This document shows positions 54,155-64,000 of a stretch of 64,000 bases of DNA, piece after piece. Each line of letters opens with the position of its first letter. Within the stretch, counting starts at the first letter, position 1. Source of the DNA: Octopus vulgaris (Eukaryota); NCBI GenBank assembly GCA_951406725.2, contig OX597821.1:31000001-31064000 (forward strand). Direction: 5' to 3'. A program made the position numbers and the translations under genes. The notes under the pieces are model-generated. The model saw only the letters and a program-made list of their open reading frames with translations. It ran no database searches and was not told the DNA's origin.

Positions 54155-55032
54155 TGTGTGTGATTATCTTTGCATTCATCTGTTGATGTGATGTGTATTA
54201 GAATTTTTATGAATACTCTTTTACTCTTTTACTTGTTTCAGTCATTTGACTGCGGCCATGCTGGAGCATACCCATTAATGTGGATATAAAATATACGAAT
54301 CAGAGAATAGGATGAAATTACTCCACGTCCAAACACATACACACACTTGCACGCACGCACATAAGTATAAAACGTATAAAATCTACAATATCGGCTTCCT
54401 ATTCAGGCGATTCATTCCACAATTGGAATCCTATAACTTTTATGCAATTCATTGATCTATGTATCTGTCTATCAAGTAATATATCGAACTACTAACGTCT
54501 CTCTATACATGTATACTCATGTATAATATTATTATTCACCACCATTCCATAATAATTACGATGAAGGGTTTATATATCATTATACTTCATATCCGACCTA
54601 CGCATAACAAACATTCCTTCTTGTTGCTCATTATTCTAATAACGTTTAGAAAGACAGTAACATCAAAGTACCATTTATTACAATGTTAAGTAGCTAAACT
54701 TTTCCTGCATCTTATAATTAACCATTTTTATAGATTGTGTTTTTAGAAGATATTTATTAAGTTTGCGCTATATTATGTTAAAGTAAGATTAATATTTTGC
54801 TATTCAATAGCCATAATAAAACCTTGAAAGGGTTCCATTAAGTAAAAGCAATCCATTCACCACTTAACAATTGCTGTAAGTTTTATTACCTTAGCGCTTT
54901 CTTAGTGCTATGAACCTCTCTGAATTAAAATATTTACAAGCAATTTAATATTTTTAAACAACATTGAAACTACCAACTGTTTAAGACTTAGTGAGCATTC
55001 ATTTTTGATTAAAATAATTATTATCGTGACAA

Positions 55033-55263
55033 GGCGGCTAGCTGGCAGAAACGTTAGCACGCCGGGTTAAATGCGTAGCCGTATTTCGTCTGTCGTTACG
55101 TTCCGAGGTCAAATTCCGCCGAGGTGGACTTTGCCTTTCATCCTTTCGGGGTCGAAAAATTAAGTACCAGTTATGCACTGAGGTCGATGTAATCTATTTA
55201 ATCTCTTTGTCTGTCCTTGTTTGTCCCCTCTGTGTTTAGCCCCTTGTGGGTAATAAAGAAATA
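55033..55263 (+). mobile_element. Full-length Nin-like SINE with 13-bp TSD (second copy ~62365-62596)
   Basis: ggcggctagctggcagaaacgttagc...gcctttcatcctttcggggtcg; TSD tattatcgtgaca at 55019-55031 and 55264-55276. Confidence 0.9.
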
Positions 55264-55313
55264 TATTATCGTGACATGTGTATTCATGAATACAAAAAGA
55301 CGCATCACTATTC

Positions 55314-55413
55314 NNNNNNNNNNNNNNNNNNNNNNNNNNNNNNNNNNNNNNNNNNNNNNNNNNNNNNNNNNNNNNNNNNNNNNNNNNNNNNNNNNNNNNN
55401 NNNNNNNNNNNNN
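55314..55413. other. Assembly gap (100 N)
   Basis: Run of n. Confidence 1.
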
Positions 55414-55614
55414 GAAGATTGCAGAATTCAATGCATGAAAGTACTAGTTCAATCAGAATGAATATTTAACATTCTACTATTTCATTTTATTTTATTCAAT
55501 TATAATATATTATCTTATAATATATCATTATAAGATTGTAAATAAAACGTGAAAATCAGACAAGGTTGGAATTCTTTTTATTAATATATTCTTCTATACA
55601 CAATCCACACACAC

Positions 55615-55678
<64 letters not shown>

Positions 55679-56091
55679 TCACACACATATATATATATAT
55701 TTATATATACATACACACACACATATATATAATACGTAAATAGATGAGTGTATTTTTCCCTTGTTAACAATTAACACGGAAAAAAATTAAATAGTTACCA
55801 GGGCAGCAAAAATCTCACAAGTAAAGGTGTTGTAACTACTTGTTTATAAAGGTAGAAACTTCGTGTTTACGTTGAATATTTTGAATAATATGAATAAAAA
55901 ATGGACTTAACGCAGGTGTAATGAAATATTTTTACTTTCGACACATGTTTCGAAAATTCTCCTGAGGAGAAGATTGCATTGTTTATACCATTTATTCTTT
56001 TGAATAGTATCAGTGGAATTTTCGAAACATGTGTCGAAAGTACAAATATTTGATTACACCTGCGTTAACTCCATTTTTTTATTCATATATA

Positions 56092-56137
<46 letters not shown>

Positions 56138-57729
56138 TCACACACACACATATGTATATACATATATATGTATATATATATATATATATAATATATATAT
56201 ACTTAAATATATATTATGTATATATATATCTCTTATTATAAAAGGCAGATTTTATCTGCCTCCCTTTGACTCTTATAGAAATCCACAATATAGGATTTCT
56301 TCAATTACAATTTACCTAGCATTTTTAAGAGTAGAATACATAGGGTCGTGCCAGGTCCAGTTTTTCAAATTTCAACCCTAATTAAGCAAAATTTAAAGAA
56401 AACTCACATTGTGGTGTGTAAGTCAAGTGCTTTTCTTAGTGTGGGCTACAGCACACACACACACGCACACACACACAAACGGAGCGAACTGCTTCACTGA
56501 TGCTATCACCCTAATTTCTCCCACATTCTCTTTGCAAATGTACCTTAAAACACTACTCAAAAAAACACAGCAAACAGAAACAAATAAATACATAACGATT
56601 TACTCCTCACACAATTTCTTCAATTAGAGTTTACCTATGATTTTTCAAAGTACGTCCATTCGGTCATGGCATACAAAATTTCTTTCAATTTCACCCCCAT
56701 TTCAGAAAAAATTCGAGAAAACTAAATATTTTACCATTTCACTCTTTCACTCTGCATTCCCACTTCCTGTTTACACACATAGACACGCAAATATATAAAT
56801 AAAATTGTAAGCTAACGTGTGTGTGTGCGTGTGTGTGAGTGTGGTGTGTGTGTGCGTGTGTGTGTGTGAGGGTGCATGTGTGTGTGTGTGTGCGTGTGTG
56901 ACATGCGAACTTCAAAAGAACTTCGCGCGCTATATATCTGGTTTACCATTCCTCACACACACGCATACACATACATATATGACAGTGACAAACACAAACG
57001 TTTCAAACAACTACATACAAACACTCAAACACACACACACGTGTGTGTTTGTTATTAGTAAAAAAGGTGCCAAACACAACTCACTTCTCATTCGAACACA
57101 TTTGCAAAAACACACCGACGGTCGGATTGCCATAACAATACAGAAAAGGTAAATTGGTTTTTAATTTACTTTCTGTCGTTAAATTTTGGTAGTATTAATT
57201 GGCGAGCGTACTTCTGTTGTCAATTGTTGACAGAAAGAAATTGTAAGCTAATAAGGTGTGTGTGGGTAGGAAGTGAAGGATAAAAATATTGCAAGAAGTG
57301 GACAGATGTACATATATACATCCATACATACATGTGTGTGTCTATGTATGTGTATTAATGTGTGTGTGTTATCTCTATATAAAGCTGAAGTTGTCTGTGT
57401 GCGCCACGTTTGGTAACCTTCAACTAACACTATCTCCTCCGAGACCCTGCGGCGCATGTTGACCAAAATTGAGAGTATGATAGAAGAAGGGTTGCTCCTC
57501 CTTCCGTAGAACATAAAATTCAAATCGGACCATGTTAACATGAAAAATTATTTACTTCAAAAAGCTGCTTTTTTCTATGAAAATCCCTATTTTTTACGAT
57601 TTTTTCCCTGCTGTGTCGCCACTTTTCGGTATATTTCGACCCGAAAAATGTTCACAAAATTTTGGCTTTTCAAAATTACAATTCCAGCGTGGTCGGAACA
57701 AACCCGAGCAACGCCGGGCAATACTGCTA

Positions 57730-57772
<43 letters not shown>

Positions 57773-60612
57773 AGGAGGAAACACCCTTCGATCATGAATG
57801 ACCATGGGATTGCACCTACAAAACTACCCTCCGAGGCACAACCTAGGGGAAGTTTGTTTATGGATGGCCAGTAGTCACCCTGCTCAAGAACACAACACTC
57901 AGACCGGTCCTGGCATCGAACTCGCAACCTCACGATGGTAAGCTCCACGCTCTAACCACTGAGCCATATATACAGAGAGAGATAGGGAGAGAATTGTGAA
58001 ATGTGTGTAAGTATAATAGCAGGACTAGATGAAGTTATTTTATATTATCCAGTAACCTATTTTATGTTTTTATTTAGCTAAACCCATTTGTATTATTTCC
58101 ATTGTCTGTTGAGATCCCCCCAGTTCTAGCACTCTATATTTAATGGTGTAAGTTTATACGTAGCCCAGTTCAGTTTTGTTCATATACAGTGTTGGCCAAA
58201 AAACAACTGACCGTAAATCAAAATCATTCATTTCCAAGATGAAAACAAAAACAAAAAAATAGTTATCTTTTGAGACCCATAATAAATAGACAAATGCTGA
58301 AAAAAAACCAAAACGGTGATTTTAACTCATATCATTCAATTATTAAACTTTCATGATTAGAAATAATAAATAAAATTAAATAAGTATTTATGGAATTTAT
58401 ATTTACCGTTGGGCGAATTTTGGCCAACGCTGTATATCTAAGGTAAGTGAGTTGCAAGTCACGTGCACAATGATATACGATGTGTTCCTAAGGATGACAA
58501 AAGTTATTCCTTTCTCTATAAACGACGTTAGTCTACGACGTGAATATTTTTGACTGTTCTTTCTCCTATGCAGGCTAACTTAATAGACATCCCTCTATCT
58601 TTTCGTAAGAGTCCATACATCTTATGAATAATGTAAGCCTTTGTATTATTCATTGCATGGATAATGTTACATTATTTGGGAACGTTCCAAGATTTTTCTT
58701 TTGTTCTCTTGAGTTTTTGTTTATATGAAATATTTTACGCACACAAAAACATATATACATTCAAAATACATACCGACAACCGCAAAGCGATATTCCAGAA
58801 AATGTATAGTATCTCAAGAGTCTGTTGTACATTACATAATTATATTCGTAAATGTTGTAATAATTAGATTTATCTTCAGTAATATCATGCAGGAATATAC
58901 AATATAAAATATGGTTTTGGTTTTTAACTTAGCATATCGATGAGAAACAAATCTACAATATGGTACAATGTATAGTGGAATTTTCTGGTTGGTTTGTTTA
59001 CTGTTAGTGTAATATGTTTCCCGTTTGGAAATGGATAAATATATTTAACTTTTGAAGTATGGATATATATATTGATACACCCGTCACTTATAACTTACTT
59101 TTAAGTTTTATCATTATACATAATCCCTGACTCCAGGTACATAAACGCCATAGCGAGAAATATATTTTCTGAAACGGTAACGGACATTTTATGCGAGCAT
59201 GTATGTTGAATATAAATAATTTCGTGTTCTTTTAACCGCAATAAAAATACAGATTCATAATTACAGAAACACATTTCATTAATAAATTGAAGAACGTGAA
59301 GAAAGAGAAAATAATTACTACATTATTCTATGTATGTACGTTTAGCATTATTAATATTCATAATACAATTTGAAGTAATGTAATTTTGTCGTAGAGAAAT
59401 ACGACTTAAAATTTACGCTAAATAATTCTTCATACTAACTATATTGATCTTACATAGATTAAAACAAAGTCTTGTTGGATTCTTCATAGAAATGGCATAA
59501 AAACATAACCAATGTCTCAAAGAAGTGAATGTCATGGAGTTTAGTAGCATCCCACAAACACTAAAGTTTTCTCCATAATCCAGGGTTTTTATAACTGCTA
59601 AACTTCACTTTAAAGAATTGAAATCACATAAAAATATTCTTTAACAAAGTTAACTAATTTTCAGAATTCCTGTATGAGCAGTTATTTCAACCAATGGGAA
59701 AACGACAATCATATTTCTTCGGCAATATGACATTACGTCATATTGCCAGCTACCACACATTGGCGGTACTATTTGAAAATGACTACACGCTACAAATGTA
59801 AAAAGAATTTTTAAATAGCGCAGTGCATTTCATTTGACATTTCATATATCATAATAACAATTAATATTTTTGAATTATGGGATACGAATGTTTAGATAAA
59901 TATAGTTTACAAACACAATTTTTCTTGCAGTATATAATTAGTATATTCTCTATATATTTGATTATGACACACTGCTGATTATAACAGATTACACAATAAA
60001 AGGCATCCTTGACGCTTTTTGGGTCTCAGCAGAAATATTGAAGTATTGATTGATGTTTCAATTATATTTACGAACACATTATCATATACTGAATTAAATT
60101 AACTGAAAGTTCTATATATTTCAAAATAAAGTGCTTAAAGAAACTGATAGAGCAGATCAAAGTTTGGTGTGATGAATTAAATCAGAAAAAAAAATCAATT
60201 CCAATGAATTGCTTAAATCAGCGATCCCATGAAGCGAAAAAGGTTTGCTGCTAGGAATTACATTCGTAAATCGGTAAACCTTTTATTTAGTCTTATAGGC
60301 AATAGTTATTACCTCTCCTAACATGAGTACCTTTTAGCTAACATCTGTTTTGAGAGAATCGCACACACTGTCAGTAATGGTAGAATTTATATAAGTATCA
60401 ATTTCGTTCTCAGGATATTCGTAGAATATTTAAAACTTATCTTCCTGTAAAATTATATAGAATCTTTCGTATTTGTTGGCTTTCAATAGGGAACATAAAT
60501 ATGAATGATAAATTTATACTGGATTAAGACACTCAAAAATTACATGCAACATCAGGGAAATGTTTATATATATGTGTGTATGTATGTGTGCACGTCTGTG
60601 CGTGTTTATGTG

Positions 60613-60683
<71 letters not shown>

Positions 60684-60883
60684 GTGTGTACATATATGTG
60701 TAATATATAAACATATGTATACATACATATATGCATAATAATATATATGCATATGTATATATAAATATATATATATATGTATCAATTGATAAATACATAC
60801 ATATATACGTATATATATGTATACATATGTATATCAATACGTATATATACGTATATATATGTATACATATGTAATTATCAATC

Positions 60884-60987
<104 letters not shown>

Positions 60988-61447
60988 CATACATTCACAC
61001 ATATATATATATACATACATATATATGTGTCAGCGTTTTTTGTTTGTACGTGTATAGATCTCAATCTAATTGCTTTAATGAAAGCTCTAATTATTGGGCC
61101 ATTTCTAACCAAATGTATCTATAGTTGTAATTTCGCAAATTATAAACATAATCTTCTAATTTGCTGTATTCTCTGAAAACATTGCTGCATGCATTCAGTT
61201 GTAATTATTCACTCGAAGCAGCACCAACTTGCTCTAATTGTTACTTGAAGAAGCGGCAGCCAATTTATTATCGATAAACGTATCCAAAAGGAAAACAGGA
61301 AACTACATGTAACGAGGAGAAATCTAATAAAAAGGATTTCTTGGACGAAAATGGATATAATATTAATTCCACGAAAGTACACGTGGTCACATAATAATGC
61401 AGATACATACAACTCTATGTATATTGTGCAAGCATATGCACACATAC

Positions 61448-61488
<41 letters not shown>

Positions 61489-64000
61489 TGTGTGTGATTA
61501 TCTTTGCATTCATCTGTTGATGTGATGTGTATTAGAATTTTTATGAATACTCTTTTACTCTTTTACTTGTTTCAGTCATTTGACTGCGGCCATGCTGGAG
61601 CATACCCATTAATGTGGATATAAAATATACGAATCAGAGAATAGGATGAAATTACTCCACGTCCAAACACATACACACACTTGCACGCACGCACATAAGT
61701 ATAAAACGTATAAAATCTACAATATCGGCTTCCTATTCAGGCGATTCATTCCACAATTGGAATCCTATAACTTTTATGCAATTCATTGATCTATGTATCT
61801 GTCTATCAAGTAATATATCGAACTACTAACGTCTCTCTATACATGTATACTCATGTATAATATTATTATTCACCACCATTCCATAATAATTACGATGAAG
61901 GGTTTATATATCATTATACTTCATATCCGACCTACGCATAACAAACATTCCTTCTTGTTGCTCATTATTCTAATAACGTTTAGAAAGACAGTAACATCAA
62001 AGTACCATTTATTACAATGTTAAGTAGCTAAACTTTTCCTGCATCTTATAATTAACCATTTTTATAGATTGTGTTTTAGAAGATATTTATTAAGTTTGCG
62101 CTATATTATGTTAAAGTAAGATTAATATTTTGCTATTCAATAGCCATAATAAAACCTTGAAAGGGTTCCATTAAGTAAAAGCAATCCATTCACCACTTAA
62201 CAATTGCTGTAAGTTTTATTACCTTAGCGCTTTCTTAGTGCTATGAACCTCTCTGAATTAAAATATTTACAAGCAATTTAATATTTTTAAACAACATTGA
62301 AACTACCAACTGTTTAAGACTTAGTGAGCATTCATTTTTGATTAAAATAATTATTATCGTGACAAGGCGGCTAGCTGGCAGAAACGTTAGCACGCCGGGT
62401 TAAATGCGTAGCCGTATTTCGTCTGTCGTTACGTTCCGAGGTCAAATTCCGCCGAGGTGGACTTTGCCTTTCATCCTTTCGGGGTCGAAAAATTAAGTAC
62501 CAGTTATGCACTGAGGTCGATGTAATCTATTTAATCTCTTTGTCTGTCCTTGTTTGTCCCCTCTGTGTTTAGCCCCTTGTGGGTAATAAAGAAATATATT
62601 ATCGTGACATGTGTATTCATGAATACAAAAAGACGCATCACTATTCTACCGTACAAATATTTTAGAAGTTTAACAGATGAAAAAAAAAGACAAATTGTCT
62701 ACTGGTAGACAAGTGCCACCTCGGTGACTTGTTATACTTATGGTGAATTTGAGAAATCAAAATGTTGGATAATACCTCCCATGAAATTTGATTTTCATTA
62801 TATATTCTTCACTCAGTTATTTCCCTTTGATAACGTCTAAAGTGCTAAAAACATCGATATCTGGGAATCTGACAGGGTGTGACACTGGAGAGGTAGAGGG
62901 TTTTTACACCTTTTACCACAAGAGGCATTTCTTCTCCACGCTAACAGCGGTGAATTTGGTTTTTAGTAGTTGAAATATGATACAAATATTTTTAACTAAC
63001 CTAAAGTTCACTTATGAGTAAATAGTGTTTGCCACTGATATTACGATAATTTCCGCGACCTCGGCGGTCTACTGGCGCATATCAGTCAATGTTATTTTTT
63101 TAACTATATTTTATATAACGCCATGGTTTTAATAAGATCCGTCCAGAGTTGGTACTCTTAGGTATAACCCATTGATCTTGGCTAAAGTGCTAGAAAGCAT
63201 CGGTGTCTGGGACTCCGACACAGAGCGACACTGGAGAGATATAGCACTTTTCCAACATTTTACCATTAGAGAGAAATTATCTCTACGCTACCTGCCATGA
63301 AGTTACCTTTTAGCTGTTGAATTATGTCACAAACATATTTTAACTAACCTCGCTTGTACCTAAACACTGCTTGGCGCTGACATTACGGTAATATGTATAT
63401 ACCTCGTTACAACCGATTATTACACCACCACATATATTTTTTTTAAGGATGTAACTAATATGCAACTCTTTTTATCTCTACACGACTTTCTGGCCCTCAA
63501 ACATTTCTTTATAGAAATCATTTGAATAAACTACACACAAACACAAACGTTTGGTTTAACATATATATGTTTTTTTTTTGTTGTTATTACAGAAATATCT
63601 TAATGTGAATACTGAAAAGTCGAAGAAAACCTTGGATGTTTCACCTCTTTTGTGAAATCTACGAATAAAAACATGATGATCAACATTACACTTGTATGGG
63701 AGAATAATTTTAAAATCTAATTAAATTATATACCTTCATGAAAGAGTAAGCTATTGCATATTTTTGTATGGAGCTGTTGTTTATCCAAAGGTCTGATATC
63801 CATAAAAATATACAATTACGTGATAACTTGATCAGAGGAAATCTAAGATAGAAGTCCTCTTAATATTAAGTCGTAGACTAGAAAGGCTGAAACACAGGAG
63901 TACTAAAACTATATGCAACACAAGTCCGCTCGATTTTCTTTGAATAAGATCATCCATGATTGCTCAACGAAACAAAATTATCACTAAAAACATGAGGTTA

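Overview
AT-rich, repeat-dense animal genomic DNA, most likely a coleoid cephalopod (Octopus-like, inferred from the SINE families and very dense (TA)n/(CA)n microsatellites). I found no intact host protein-coding gene; nearly all ORF-track entries are microsatellite or antisense noise. The window holds decayed mobile elements: four Penelope-like element (PLE) remnants (RT and/or GIY-YIG), R4/Dong-type RLE LINE fragments, a Chapaev3-like transposase relic, mariner/Tc1 and Merlin-like MITEs, a non-autonomous Helitron and many tRNA-derived SINEs. A ~7 kb duplication around an N-gap is probably an assembly artefact. The main hidden signal is RNA-level: a cluster of minimal type I hammerhead ribozyme (HHR) motifs from several sequence families. 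The standout is a young tandem array of 362-bp units (45078-47138). Each full unit carries a minus-strand HHR with a compensated U3-A8 core (UUGAAAA) and a palindromic stem III, which fits a non-LTR retrozyme / circRNA-producing element. All folds and alignments were done by eye, and ribozyme activity is untested.
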